Shown: positions 49,637 through 60,214 of the stretch, in pieces
Position numbering within the stretch: the first letter of the stretch is position 1
Layout of the letters: the number at the start of each line of letters is the position of its first letter
Assembly: GCA_963666985.2 (NCBI GenBank)
Contig: CAXXIA010000001.1
Coordinates: 1,408,001 to 1,472,000 of the forward strand
Direction: 5' to 3'
Length of the DNA: 64,000 nt
Source of the DNA: Spirochaetia bacterium
GTDB lineage: Bacteria > Spirochaetota > Spirochaetia > DSM-2461
Notes under the pieces: model-generated
Databases searched by the model: none
What the model was told of the DNA's origin: nothing
The model's input: only the letters and a program-made list of their open reading frames with translations
Position numbers and translations under genes: made by a program

Positions 49637-50527
49637 TCAAACACTCGTTATGTGCATGGTCCGGTGTCTCTGCCTCATCGCCGAAGGCGTCATGCCTTTA
49701 CGAAGCTTGAATTGACGGATGAAATTGCGCACCGTGGAGAATCCGGAATCAAACGCAATTTTTTCCACGGTATCCAGGCTGTCCGTAAGACGCCTCTCGG
49801 CGTACTGGAGCCGCCGGTCGATGATGTAATCCCTCAGCGATATGTTCATGACGAATTTAAAGACGCGGCACAGATAATCGGAGTTGTATCCCATGGAAGA
49901 GGCAAGATCCTTCACCGAGAAATTCCCGTCCGTAAATTTCTCGGCGATGGTCTGAATCATCAGATTGATGAGTCCCTCTCTGACGGCCGCGAACGGTGAG
50001 GCCTCATGCCGCTTGAGCACATACTCGTTCAGCTCGACCATCATCATGCGGAACATCAGCTGGTATTTAAGAGCGGTAAAGGAGGGATGCTCCTGCTCGA
50101 AAAGAATCTCGTGAAAAAATTGATGAAAGGCACGGGAATCGGAAACAGGGATTTCCCTCGGAAGCAGAATCGCGTCGTTCAGACGCGTCATAGCAACCGA
50201 CCTGTTTCCGAGAATGGGACCAACATCGTCGGTCTTCATAGTGATGGGATTTGCGGCGCATTTAAAATGAATCCAATAATAGGAAGCCGAATCTTCCAGG
50301 CGCCGAAGGCCCCGATGTGTTTTCCCAGCGGTTAAAAGAGTCAGGCGGCCGGGTTCGATGCTCACCGGTTCTCCGTCTTCCTCAAGTTCCACGCGGTTTT
50401 TCCAGCCCAGTATAAGAACGGATGTATCCAGATTCCTCTCGGGATGAATCCATCCGTGATTCAGTATGGCCGCACCGCCGTTTTCCGCGCTCAGCTGCGA
50501 AAGCCTCGGGAACAATGTATAAGTCAT
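49637..50527 (-). CDS. AraC family transcriptional regulator
   Basis: N-terminal cupin-like domain (YYWIHF); C-terminal IAFDSGF..FIRQFK..GMTPS double HTH. Confidence 0.92.
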   Translation of the reverse strand: MTYTLFPRLSQLSAENGGAAILNHGWIHPERNLDTSVLILGWKNRVELEEDGEPVSIEPGRLTLLTAGKTHRGLRRLEDSASYYWIHFKCAANPITMKTDDVGPILGNRSVAMTRLNDAILLPREIPVSDSRAFHQFFHEILFEQEHPSFTALKYQLMFRMMMVELNEYVLKRHEASPFAAVREGLINLMIQTIAEKFTDGNFSVKDLASSMGYNSDYLCRVFKFVMNISLRDYIIDRRLQYAERRLTDSLDTVEKIAFDSGFSTVRNFIRQFKLRKGMTPSAMRQRHRTMHITSV

Positions 50528-50825
50528 GACAATCTCAATTAAGTCGATTATCGCACAATCGGCGTTCCGAAACGATCAAAAATATTTCGGGCAGTCGCTT
50601 TTTATGAATATTCCGCAAAATCGATTCTTGGATTCGATTAATCCATTTACTTATATATCAATACGTTAGTAAATATCATCAAAACGGGAACAAAATATGC
50701 AATAATGAATAATCCTTGGAATCGGAAAAAGTCGGAAAATGTCACCAAGTCTTCGAAAATCATCTCTACCGGGAATAGAACACTCCCCTATGATGGAATC
50801 ATCACAAACCTGAAAGGAGAGGAAA

Positions 50826-52178
50826 ATGAACCGAATCGGTATTATTGCCGTTTGCTTGGCCCTGACGGTCGCCGGAACGGCGCTTTGGGCGGGCGGAGGA
50901 TCCGATGCCGGAGACAAAGGCATCACACTCACATACGTGTACTGGGGCAGCCCGGCCGAAGATGCCGCCGTAAAGGCGGCTCTGGCCGGTTTCGAGGCCG
51001 CCCATCCCGGAATTACCGTTGAACCCATGTACCTTCCGGGCGACCTCGACGGCTCCACATACAATGCGAAAATGAAAGCTCTGGCGGCATCCGGAACCCT
51101 GCCCGATGTGGGCTACTTCCGCCCCGAGGAGTTTTTCAACTACGCATCCAAGGGATTCTTTCTTCCGCTGGACGATCTTATCGCCCGTGACGACATGGAC
51201 GAATCATACTTGTCTCAGACATGGCTTTCGGTCGGCGATTCGACCTACGGCGCTTATACGGCCGCGGAATGCCAGGTGATGTGGTACAACAAGGATGTTC
51301 TTCGGAACGCCGGAGTGCCCCTTCCTCCGACCGAATTCGACAAAGCCTGGAGCTGGGATGAATTCACCAAATATCTGAAGCAAATCACCGTGGATGAAAA
51401 CGGGAAACATCCGGGACAAGCCGGTTTCAATCCCGAAGGAATCAAAACCTACGGAGTTGTCTACGATCTTTGGAACGCCATGTATTATCCCTCTCTGTGG
51501 AGCAACGGCGGCAGTGTTTATTCCGATGACGGCACAAAAATCGTTATCGATTCACCCCGGTCCGTCGAAGTCTTCCAGAAGCTGGCAGATCTGATCAACA
51601 AAGATCACACCATGCCGTACATGGGCGGCGGAAGCGGCCTTCCCTCCCCGTCCGTTATGCTGGCCAACGAGCAGCTCGGATTCTGGGTTACCGGTCAGTG
51701 GACGCTTTTGGAACTGGGGGGCATGAAGGATTTGCCTCTGGGCGTGGCGGCTCTGCCCATCTTCAAAAAACCGGCTCAGATTTACCTGAGCGGACTGAAT
51801 GTCGTTTTCGCCGAAAGCAAACACCCCGATGAGGCATGGGAACTGCAGAAATGGATGATGAATCCTGCCGAAACCCTCGACCTCTACACGTCGGGACTCT
51901 GGATGCCGACGAAAAAATCCTTTTATTCCGATCCTGCGGATCTGGCGAAATGGATCGAAAACGACGTTCATCCCGACGGCTTCAAAGAAGCGGTCCTGGA
52001 TTCGATGTCCGTGGCCGTTACCGAACCCATCAAAGTGAAAAACACCAACCAGATTTGGGGGGACTATCTGAACGCCGCGATTGAAAGCATTTGGATCGGC
52101 AGCAAATCCGCCGAGGAAGCTCTGACGGAAGCCGCCGCGAAAGTCCGCGCCTCCGGTCTTCTGCAGGGGACCTTCTAA
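50826..52178 (+). CDS. Sugar ABC transporter substrate-binding protein
   Basis: Signal peptide, FEAAHPGITVE, PDV, WYNKD, WSWDEF motifs. Confidence 0.9.
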   Translation: MNRIGIIAVCLALTVAGTALWAGGGSDAGDKGITLTYVYWGSPAEDAAVKAALAGFEAAHPGITVEPMYLPGDLDGSTYNAKMKALAASGTLPDVGYFRPEEFFNYASKGFFLPLDDLIARDDMDESYLSQTWLSVGDSTYGAYTAAECQVMWYNKDVLRNAGVPLPPTEFDKAWSWDEFTKYLKQITVDENGKHPGQAGFNPEGIKTYGVVYDLWNAMYYPSLWSNGGSVYSDDGTKIVIDSPRSVEVFQKLADLINKDHTMPYMGGGSGLPSPSVMLANEQLGFWVTGQWTLLELGGMKDLPLGVAALPIFKKPAQIYLSGLNVVFAESKHPDEAWELQKWMMNPAETLDLYTSGLWMPTKKSFYSDPADLAKWIENDVHPDGFKEAVLDSMSVAVTEPIKVKNTNQIWGDYLNAAIESIWIGSKSAEEALTEAAAKVRASGLLQGTF

Positions 52179-52222
52179 GTCCGTTTCCAACCCGACGGTT
52201 TCCGGACCGTCTTGAATACAAT

Positions 52223-52249
52223 CCGCCCGGATTCGTCCGGGCGGTTTTT
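52223..52249 (+). terminator. Stem-loop with U-tract between SBP and permease genes
   Basis: ccgcccgga-ttcg-tccgggcgg-ttttt. Confidence 0.7.
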
Positions 52250-52304
52250 AAAACCGATTGATGATGGGTGCCGTCCCCCGGATAACGATGGAAAAGGAGT
52301 GAAG

Positions 52305-53207
52305 ATGAAGTCGACGCGCCGCGGCGTCATTTCAAAAAGGCAAACCCGATGGGGATGGATTCTCATAATGCCGCTGACGCTGGGATTAAGCATCTGGGTT
52401 GTGTTTCCCATGGGACTCAGCCTTGTTACAAGCCTGACGCACTGGGACATGATAAGCCCGCCGACATTCGTAGGCCTGCAGAACTACATCCGGCTTTTCT
52501 CCGGAGACGAGCTGTTCCTGCGGTCGGTGAAGGTAACGCTTTATTACACCGTTCTCTCCGTTCCCCTTCAGCTCGCAACGGCATTCTTCGTTTCCATGCT
52601 TTTAAACAGCGATGTCAAAGGACTTGGGATTTTCCGGACAATCTATTATCTGCCCTCGCTTATTCCCATCGTCGTTACCTCCATTATGTGGCTGTGGCTC
52701 TACAACGAGCAGTACGGTCTTTTGAACGCGATGTTCTCCGGACTCGGACTGGGAAAAGTGGGATGGATCAGTAATCCGAAATTGGTGATTCCCAGCCTGG
52801 TCGCGATGAGCATCTGGGGCGTGGGCAATGTGGTGGTGATTTTTCTCGCGGGGCTTCAGGGAATCCCGTTATCCCTGATCGAAGCGGTAAAAATCGACGG
52901 AGGAAACGCGTATCACGCTTTTCGGCACGTTACGCTTCCGCTGATGAGTCCGGTGATTCTGTACAATATGATCGTGAGCATCATCAAATCTCTGCAGCTC
53001 TTCACCGAGCCTTACATCATGACCGGCGGAGGACCGGTCAATTCATCGCTGAGTTTTGTTCTGAACATTTACAACAACGCTTTTAAGTACAGCAAAATGG
53101 GCGAAGCGAACGCCCTTGCCTGGATGCTCTTTCTTCTGACGCTGATTCTCTCCGTCGTCATCTTCAAAACATCCGCCAAATGGACCTTTTACGGAGGCGA
53201 CCGATGA
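52305..53207 (+). CDS. Carbohydrate ABC transporter permease
   Basis: FVGLQNY, FRTIYYLP, EAA-like EAVKIDGG; AAGGAG upstream of ATG 52305. Confidence 0.92.
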   Translation: MKSTRRGVISKRQTRWGWILIMPLTLGLSIWVVFPMGLSLVTSLTHWDMISPPTFVGLQNYIRLFSGDELFLRSVKVTLYYTVLSVPLQLATAFFVSMLLNSDVKGLGIFRTIYYLPSLIPIVVTSIMWLWLYNEQYGLLNAMFSGLGLGKVGWISNPKLVIPSLVAMSIWGVGNVVVIFLAGLQGIPLSLIEAVKIDGGNAYHAFRHVTLPLMSPVILYNMIVSIIKSLQLFTEPYIMTGGGPVNSSLSFVLNIYNNAFKYSKMGEANALAWMLFLLTLILSVVIFKTSAKWTFYGGDR

Positions 53208-54040
53208 GTTCGTCACGAACGCGCGCCGTATGGAAAATCATGAAATATACCGTCCTTATCATCGGCGCGGCAATCTGCATTCTGCCCCTTCTTTGGCAAA
53301 TCCGCAGCTCGCTGATGCCGATGGAAGACATCTTTAAACTGCCCCTGATTATTTTTCCAAAATCGCTGGAACTCAAAAATTATGCCGATGTTTTTGTTCT
53401 CGCGCCCTTCGCCCGATACTACCTGAACACGATTTTTGTGGTTATCGTCAACATCATCGGAGCCGTCGTTTCCAATGTCTGCATCGCTTACGCGCTTGCC
53501 AGATTGGATTTTCGCGGACGAAAACTCATGTTTTCCCTCAGTATCGGGACGATGATGCTGCCGGCATCCGTGCAGCTCATTCCTCTCTTTCTTGAATGGA
53601 AATGGCTGGGAGGAATCAATACCCTCTATCCTCTGACGGTTCCGGCTTTCTTCGGCAATGCTTTCTTCATTTTCCTTCTGGTGCAGTTCTTCCGCACCTT
53701 GCCCCGCGATTACGACGAAGCGGCGATTATCGACGGCGCGGGTTATCCTCAGATTATCCGCAAAGTGATTATCCCCCTTGCCCGCCCGGCCATTGCCGTG
53801 GTTGTCATCTTCCAGTTTCTTTTCAGCTGGAACGATTTTATGGGACCGCTGCTTTTTATCAACGACAGCAGGCTTTACACCCTGTCCGTCGGACTCCGTT
53901 CGTTTCTCTCGACCTTCTATACGCCATGGCCCGCCCTGATGGCGGCGGCAACCCTGACCGTCATACCGCTCATCATTCTGTTTTTCCTGGCGCAGCGGCA
54001 TTTCATCGCGGGACTGACCATGGGCGGTCTTAAAGGCTGA
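53204..54040 (+). CDS. Carbohydrate ABC transporter permease
   Basis: EAAIIDGA, SWNDFMGP, C-terminal GGLKG. Confidence 0.92.
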   Translation: MSSSRTRAVWKIMKYTVLIIGAAICILPLLWQIRSSLMPMEDIFKLPLIIFPKSLELKNYADVFVLAPFARYYLNTIFVVIVNIIGAVVSNVCIAYALARLDFRGRKLMFSLSIGTMMLPASVQLIPLFLEWKWLGGINTLYPLTVPAFFGNAFFIFLLVQFFRTLPRDYDEAAIIDGAGYPQIIRKVIIPLARPAIAVVVIFQFLFSWNDFMGPLLFINDSRLYTLSVGLRSFLSTFYTPWPALMAAATLTVIPLIILFFLAQRHFIAGLTMGGLKG

Positions 54041-54091
54041 ACAAGAAATACACATGCCGAACAACGAAACCATTCCCTTAAGGATACATCC

Positions 54092-56029
54092 ATGCACATG
54101 AGAACTCCGACCCTGAAAGACGTAAAACTTACCGAAGGCTTCTGGAAATCACGAACCGACATGATTGCCGAATCGCTTATTCCCTATCAGTGGGACGCTT
54201 TAAACAACAGAATCCCCGGCGCACCGGAAAGTCATGCCGTGGAGAACTTCAGAATCGCCGCCGGAGAAGCCGAAGGCCGGCCCGAGGGAATCATTTTCCA
54301 TGACAGCGACATAGCCAAATGGATCGAGGCGGCCTCATACGTACTCTCCGTTCGGCCCAATGCCGAACTTGAAGCGATCATCGACGAACTCATTCGTCTT
54401 ATCGCCAAAAGCCAGAAGAGCGACGGTTACGTCAACACCTATTTCATCGCCGAAGGAGACGAGCACCGCTGGTCGGATCTGAAAATGGGGCACGAGCTTT
54501 ATTGCGCGGGGCATATGATGGAAGCGGCCGTCGCCTATTTCAAGGCGACCGGCAAACGGAAACTTTTGGAGGTGATGTGCCGATTCGCCGATTACATCGG
54601 CGAGGTCTTCGGACCGAATGAAGGGCAGAATCACTCTTACGGAGGACATCCGGAGATTGAACTGGCCCTCTACAGATTGGCAGACGCCACGAAAAATCGC
54701 CGGTATGAGGAACTCGCCGAATACTTTATCAACATTCGCGGTACGGTTGAGAACTACCATATCGGAGAAACCGCCGATCCCGGAATGAATCACGACAACA
54801 AATGGTTCCGCGAAGATTACTTTCTTGCCCACGAACCGGTCCGCGGCATGAGAACGGCCGACGGACATGCCGTTCGCGCCGTTTATCTTTACACCGCCAT
54901 GACGGATCTGGCACTCAGGCAAACCGACGATGCCATGGTTGAGGCTCTTGGGGCCCTCTGGCGGAATTTGACGCGGCGGCGGATGTATATCACGGCGGGA
55001 ATCGGACCTCAGGGCCGAGGCGAACGATTCACCGTCGACTACGACCTGCCTTCCGATACCGGATATACGGAAACCTGCGCAGCGGTCGGGCTTGTCTTTT
55101 GGGCCTGGCGCATGACGCTTCTCAATCCGGCCGGAGAGTATGGGGACGTTATCGAAAGAGCCCTCTTCAACGGGGCATTAAGCGGCATGTCTCTCGACGG
55201 TACGAAATATTTTTACGTTAATCCTTTGGAAATAAATCCCGCAATCGCGGAATACCGTTACGATCACGACCATGTTAAAACGGCCAGAGTTCCGTGGTTC
55301 GACTGCGCCTGCTGCCCGACGAACATCGCCAGGCTCGTATCCTCGGTTTCTCAATATTTTTTCTCCCGAACGGATAAGGAGATTTGGCTGCACCAGTATG
55401 CCTCCGGCGAATACGGCATCGAATTGGAAGAGGAATCCCTGAACCTGATTGTTAAGACGGATTATCCCTGGGACGGACGCATCCGGATTTTCCTAATGTC
55501 CTCTTCATCCTCACATCTGCCGCTTCACTTGCGAATCCCCGCATGGTGCGAAGACTTTACCCTGGCGCTCAACGGCGAGATTCTCTCGAATCCCGGAATA
55601 GAAAACGGCTTTGTCACCATCGAGCGCCTTTGGGAAAAAAATGATGAAATCGAACTGGTTCTGAAGATGTCCGTTCTCTTCATCCGCGCTCATGGGGATG
55701 TCGTGGAAACCGCCGGAAAAATCGCCGTGCAGCGCGGGCCTCTTATTTACTGCTTGGAGGAACAGGATAACGGCCCCGGACTGCACCGGATTCTCATCGA
55801 CATCGAAAGCGAACCCACCGTACTTCCCGACGACACCCTTCTCGAAGGCGGCCGCATCGTCGTACTCGACGGATTCCGTGAAGAAAAGGATACGGATGAA
55901 ATACTGTATCGGCCCTATGAAAAAAATCGCGGCCTGAAACCATGCCGAATCCGCGCCATTCCCTATTTTCAATGGGGAAATCGGGGGCAGAACCAAGAAA
56001 TGAGAGTCTGGATACGGTCAATAAAGTAG
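54092..56029 (+). CDS. GH127 beta-L-arabinofuranosidase-like protein
   Basis: DSDIAKWIEA, HELYCAGH, GHAVRA, ETCA and CACC motifs (Zn/Cys catalytic centre of the HypBA1 type). Confidence 0.92.
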   Translation: MHMRTPTLKDVKLTEGFWKSRTDMIAESLIPYQWDALNNRIPGAPESHAVENFRIAAGEAEGRPEGIIFHDSDIAKWIEAASYVLSVRPNAELEAIIDELIRLIAKSQKSDGYVNTYFIAEGDEHRWSDLKMGHELYCAGHMMEAAVAYFKATGKRKLLEVMCRFADYIGEVFGPNEGQNHSYGGHPEIELALYRLADATKNRRYEELAEYFINIRGTVENYHIGETADPGMNHDNKWFREDYFLAHEPVRGMRTADGHAVRAVYLYTAMTDLALRQTDDAMVEALGALWRNLTRRRMYITAGIGPQGRGERFTVDYDLPSDTGYTETCAAVGLVFWAWRMTLLNPAGEYGDVIERALFNGALSGMSLDGTKYFYVNPLEINPAIAEYRYDHDHVKTARVPWFDCACCPTNIARLVSSVSQYFFSRTDKEIWLHQYASGEYGIELEEESLNLIVKTDYPWDGRIRIFLMSSSSSHLPLHLRIPAWCEDFTLALNGEILSNPGIENGFVTIERLWEKNDEIELVLKMSVLFIRAHGDVVETAGKIAVQRGPLIYCLEEQDNGPGLHRILIDIESEPTVLPDDTLLEGGRIVVLDGFREEKDTDEILYRPYEKNRGLKPCRIRAIPYFQWGNRGQNQEMRVWIRSIK

Positions 56030-56040
56030 ATGCTTAATCG

Positions 56041-57066
56041 CTATCCTGCGACAGGGCAGCTGCTCTCCCTGATAATCAGCTGCGGATACATGATAAGCCG
56101 CCTGGGTGCAGGATTCTCACTTTCTAATAGTTGAATCATCATCTCGGAAGCCAAAGTACCAAGCCCCGATGTGTTCATATCCATAGTGGTAAGGGGCGGA
56201 ACGGCAATCTGGGAAAGAATTGTATTATCCTGGGCTACAACCGTAAAATCTTCCGGAACCGAAAGACCGGCGGATCGTGCGGCACGAAGAGCACCCAATC
56301 CCATTAATTCATTTGAAGTAAACACGGCCGTCGGATGATCTGAAGAAGCAAGAAGCGGAGCCAGGGCTTTTTCGGATAATTCAATAGTGTTGAAATGATC
56401 CGGATCATTAATAAGAATGATCCGCCCATCCTTTACCAAATACCCTTCGACCTCCATTCGCTTCCGGAATACACGCTCCTTACCATCAAAGGACATAACC
56501 GATGCTGCACCTCGAAGCATGGCGATATCCTTATGTCCAAGGGAAAAAATGTAATCCATCACATGTTCCATGCCCTGTTCCTGATCCATCATTATAAGGT
56601 TGGAATCCATTCGTTCAGGATTCCCATTGATAAGAACTACAGGCACAAGTTTATTCAACTCGGAATACAATCCTGAATTCTCAGGACGCCGCGAAACTTC
56701 CACGATAACGAGTCCATCCACTCCCGAATCCAGAAAACGGCGAAGAATATCTTCCTCTTCCTCGTCCCGAAGAATGGAACTGGCGAAATTGCACATATAT
56801 CCGTCTCTTCGAAATCTGACTTCCATAGCGTTCATAATGGATGCGAAATAGGGATTTTCCATATTGGTAACAACAACACCGATTCGAAAAGACTGCCCCT
56901 TAATAAGTCCTCTGGCTGTCAGGTTGGGTCTGTATTCCAGTCGTGCAATCGTTTCTTCCACTGTTTTCCGGGCTTTCTCACTCACCGGATGATTATTCAG
57001 CACTCTTGAAACCGTCGCGATGGAAACACCTGCCTCTCGGGCAACATCTTCGAGTTTAACTTTCAC
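56041..57066 (-). CDS. LacI family transcriptional regulator
   Basis: LEDVAREAGVSIATVSRVLN, YRPN..ARGL, LIIRES. Confidence 0.95.
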   Translation of the reverse strand: MKVKLEDVAREAGVSIATVSRVLNNHPVSEKARKTVEETIARLEYRPNLTARGLIKGQSFRIGVVVTNMENPYFASIMNAMEVRFRRDGYMCNFASSILRDEEEEDILRRFLDSGVDGLVIVEVSRRPENSGLYSELNKLVPVVLINGNPERMDSNLIMMDQEQGMEHVMDYIFSLGHKDIAMLRGAASVMSFDGKERVFRKRMEVEGYLVKDGRIILINDPDHFNTIELSEKALAPLLASSDHPTAVFTSNELMGLGALRAARSAGLSVPEDFTVVAQDNTILSQIAVPPLTTMDMNTSGLGTLASEMMIQLLESENPAPRRLIMYPQLIIRESSCPVAG

Positions 57067-57118
57067 TGTTTAATGCTCCATATCTATTCATATTCAGTAT
57101 AAACTTCCAACAGACGTC

Positions 57119-57955
57119 TCAACCCTTAACGGCGCTATCCACCATTCCGCGAATAAAATATCGCTGAAGAATGAGGAAGAGAACAACAACAGGAAGAACA
57201 GCTGTTACGGCGGCAGCGGCAGCCGCTCCAAGATTGGAAGACGATTGAGCAAAAAAAGTAGACACGGCCAAAGTAACTACTTTCATCCTGGGTGACTGAA
57301 GAAGGAACAGGGAAAACTGAAAATCATTCCAAACGGCAACACTTGTGAGAATTATCACTGTAGCTGTTACCGGCTTCAACAGAGGAAGAATAATACGCCA
57401 AAATATTACGGAAGGCCGACAACCGTCAATCAAAGCCGCTTCATCAAGTTCCCGGGGAATTGTTTTCACAAAATTTGCATACAGAAAAATCGCAATCGGC
57501 AACTGAAAGGTTACAAGAACCATAATGATGCCCCAATACGTACTCACTCCTCCCATCCTTGTTACAATGGTAACCAGAGGAACCAGCATGCTTAATGGGG
57601 GAACCATCATAACTGCCAAAATTGCCCGAAGGACAATACGATTTCGGCGGGAAGCATCCCTTGCCAGGGGATAGGATGCCATCGAAGCGATTACAATAAT
57701 TGCAATAACCGTAATAATCGTAATCAGGGCACTGTTTCCCATGGCCAGCAGGATTTTCGCTTTTTCCACGGCCATCCGAAAGTTATCCCAGTAAATTGAA
57801 GCGGGAGGAGTCCATCGGGAACTCAGATCGGTTTTGGGCTTCAGAGCGACATTCACGGAAATATAGAGAGGAAGCGCATGAAGAAGACCTATTAAAATCG
57901 CTGGAAGACTCCACAAAGAAAAACGAATGCGGGATGACAACTTATTTTTTTTCAT
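57119..57955 (-). CDS. Carbohydrate ABC transporter permease
   Basis: ELDEAALIDG, WNDF, C-terminal AVKG. Confidence 0.92.
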   Translation of the reverse strand: MKKNKLSSRIRFSLWSLPAILIGLLHALPLYISVNVALKPKTDLSSRWTPPASIYWDNFRMAVEKAKILLAMGNSALITIITVIAIIVIASMASYPLARDASRRNRIVLRAILAVMMVPPLSMLVPLVTIVTRMGGVSTYWGIIMVLVTFQLPIAIFLYANFVKTIPRELDEAALIDGCRPSVIFWRIILPLLKPVTATVIILTSVAVWNDFQFSLFLLQSPRMKVVTLAVSTFFAQSSSNLGAAAAAAVTAVLPVVVLFLILQRYFIRGMVDSAVKG

Positions 57956-58833
57956 TAGGCAATCTCTTTCCGATCCATAAGATTCTGTATAACCGAGGTG
58001 ATAATCAGGATAAGAAGGAAGAGTAATATTCCCATAGCCGCCGCATAACCGGCTGATTGAGAGCGGAAATATGTGTAATCAATCAGGGTTGATAGGGAAT
58101 GGGATGAGTAACCCGGTCCGCCTGCCGTAACGGCCTTTACAACATCGAAAAGCTTCAATCCACCAATAAGATTCAGAACAACACTGGTAACGAAGGCCGG
58201 ACGAAGCAGTGGAATCGTTATGTGACGGAATTGCTGAACAGTGGAGGCTCCGTCAATCTGGCTTGCGTCGTAATACATGGACGGAATCGTCTGGAGACCG
58301 GCCAGGTAGATTACCATTGAAATTCCGCAAAACTGTATTGTGTTCATAAGAACAAGAAGTCCTACGGCTCTATTGCCCTGGGCAAGCCAATCCACTTTTT
58401 CCCATCCAAAAATCATCAGGATGTCGTTCAATGCACCGTAGTTGTATTGAAACAGGAAATACCACATATAGCCCATAATCACTGGAGCTATAAGAACCGG
58501 AAGATAGATAAGGGCTCGCGATAAATTTCTTCCCAAAATACGTTTGTTGAGCAGGAGAGCATACGAAAGCCCTAAAACTTGTTCGAAAAAAGTCGATGCA
58601 AATCCGTAAACAAGAGTGTTCAATAATGCTCTGAACATGTTCTCATCGCCGAAAAGCCTCCGAAAATTCTCTATCCCCACATAATCATAGGATTGGGAAT
58701 AACCGTTCCAGTCGGTAAAGGCGATGCGTATTCCTTCGATGAAGGGATAAACAATAAATACAAGGAACAGTACAAGCGCCGGAATGTACATCCAGTCGTT
58801 CGAATGTGATCGGCGTGATTCGGGAAGTTTCAT
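57955..58833 (-). CDS. Carbohydrate ABC transporter permease
   Basis: AFTDWNG, YLAGLQTIP, DASQIDGA, GGPG. Confidence 0.92.
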   Translation of the reverse strand: MKLPESRRSHSNDWMYIPALVLFLVFIVYPFIEGIRIAFTDWNGYSQSYDYVGIENFRRLFGDENMFRALLNTLVYGFASTFFEQVLGLSYALLLNKRILGRNLSRALIYLPVLIAPVIMGYMWYFLFQYNYGALNDILMIFGWEKVDWLAQGNRAVGLLVLMNTIQFCGISMVIYLAGLQTIPSMYYDASQIDGASTVQQFRHITIPLLRPAFVTSVVLNLIGGLKLFDVVKAVTAGGPGYSSHSLSTLIDYTYFRSQSAGYAAAMGILLFLLILIITSVIQNLMDRKEIA

Positions 58834-58859
58834 CCATCATACCTTTATCTGGCAAAATG

Positions 58860-58894
58860 CCTGGCGCCGTCCCTTTATAATGGACGACGCCAGG
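58860..58894 (-). terminator. Stem-loop between SBP and permease genes
   Basis: cctggcgccgtcc...ggacgacgccagg inverted repeat. Confidence 0.55.
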
Positions 58895-58917
58895 ATTATC
58901 GAAAAAATCCTGAAGAA

Positions 58918-60165
58918 TTACTTGTAGAGTCGTTTAAAATCCTCAAGCATCTTATCAGCGGCTTCAGTGACTGTCATATCACCTGAAAGAATACCGGTTC
59001 CGGTCGAACACATCGTATCCCATATTCCATTGGGTAAAAATGCCCGGTCAAAATACGGGAAGGCGGAACATTTTCCCCATTTCGCGTAGTCATCAGACAA
59101 GGCACCGGTGTCGCTGACGGCATCAACAAGTCCGCAAGGAATGGCATTGGCCGTTGCCATGGCAGATGCATTTTCAGGACGGGCAAGAAAGGCAAGAAAA
59201 TCTTTGGCCTGCTCGGGATAAGCGGTATCCTTCCAGATACCAGCTGTTGTTCGTTCACCTGAAATCAGACTGGGCTGGTCTCCTTCATAATATGCGGGAA
59301 CGGGAATGAATCCCAAATCAGCATCCGCATTGTATGAAAGGGCTTCAACAATGATGTAATTTCCCAAAAAAGTGAAAGCGGTATCTCCGACACCCAAGGC
59401 TCGAGCGGTATCGCTGAACGTTGAAGTTAAAACATCTTTATTTAAATAGCCTTTGTCGGACATCTCTTTCATCAGTCCGGCAAGCAGTTCCCATTTTGAC
59501 GTGTCAAATTTTCCTGCAAGAAGATCATCGCCGCTGTAGTTGTTTTCATCGGTGATATAAAGAGCGGGAGCCGCCCAATCAAAAAAGTTACCGACAGTCC
59601 AGTTATCCCTGCCGCCGATATGTACAGGAGTAACACCACTGGCCTTAACAGCGGCCATGGCATCGTACAGATCCGACCAGGTGATAATTTTATTTACATC
59701 AACACTGGCTTTTTCAACAACGGATTTGTTGTATGCAATTCCGGCCATATCAACATCCAGAGGAAGAACATAGATATGCCCTGCCTTATCGGTAATTACC
59801 GGCTTGATGGCCGGATGAAGACGGGATGCCCATTCCTGATCTTCCAGCGGCATGAGATACTCACTATACCGCAGAACAGACCATCCATGTGTCGACCAAA
59901 GATCCGGTAGATCGTTGGTGGCCATCTTGGATTTCATCAGAGCCTCGTATTCCGAAGAACCGGTAATGAACTCTACAAAAACATCATCATGAGAATCGTT
60001 GTATTCATTAACCAGATTCTCAATAAGGGTTGTAGCGACTTCTCCGGCCTGAAAATTAACCATGAAAGTCAATTTTGCCTTTTCATCATCGGATCCGCCC
60101 GATGCGAAAAGAGCCGCCGATGCCATCAATAGACAAAGAACCGTCAAATAGAGCCGTGCTTTCAT
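58918..60165 (-). CDS. Sugar ABC transporter substrate-binding protein
   Basis: Signal peptide, LPDLWSTHGWS, IAYNK motifs. Confidence 0.88.
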   Translation of the reverse strand: MKARLYLTVLCLLMASAALFASGGSDDEKAKLTFMVNFQAGEVATTLIENLVNEYNDSHDDVFVEFITGSSEYEALMKSKMATNDLPDLWSTHGWSVLRYSEYLMPLEDQEWASRLHPAIKPVITDKAGHIYVLPLDVDMAGIAYNKSVVEKASVDVNKIITWSDLYDAMAAVKASGVTPVHIGGRDNWTVGNFFDWAAPALYITDENNYSGDDLLAGKFDTSKWELLAGLMKEMSDKGYLNKDVLTSTFSDTARALGVGDTAFTFLGNYIIVEALSYNADADLGFIPVPAYYEGDQPSLISGERTTAGIWKDTAYPEQAKDFLAFLARPENASAMATANAIPCGLVDAVSDTGALSDDYAKWGKCSAFPYFDRAFLPNGIWDTMCSTGTGILSGDMTVTEAADKMLEDFKRLYK

Positions 60166-60214
60166 AATATACCCTCCTTAATATCGAGTCACCGGAACCG
60201 ATCCGGTTCGTCTG

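Noticed and set aside
50722..50750. tcggaaaa/tcgaaaa direct repeats as AraC binding sites
   Set aside because: Plausible by position but too short and degenerate to support from sequence alone.
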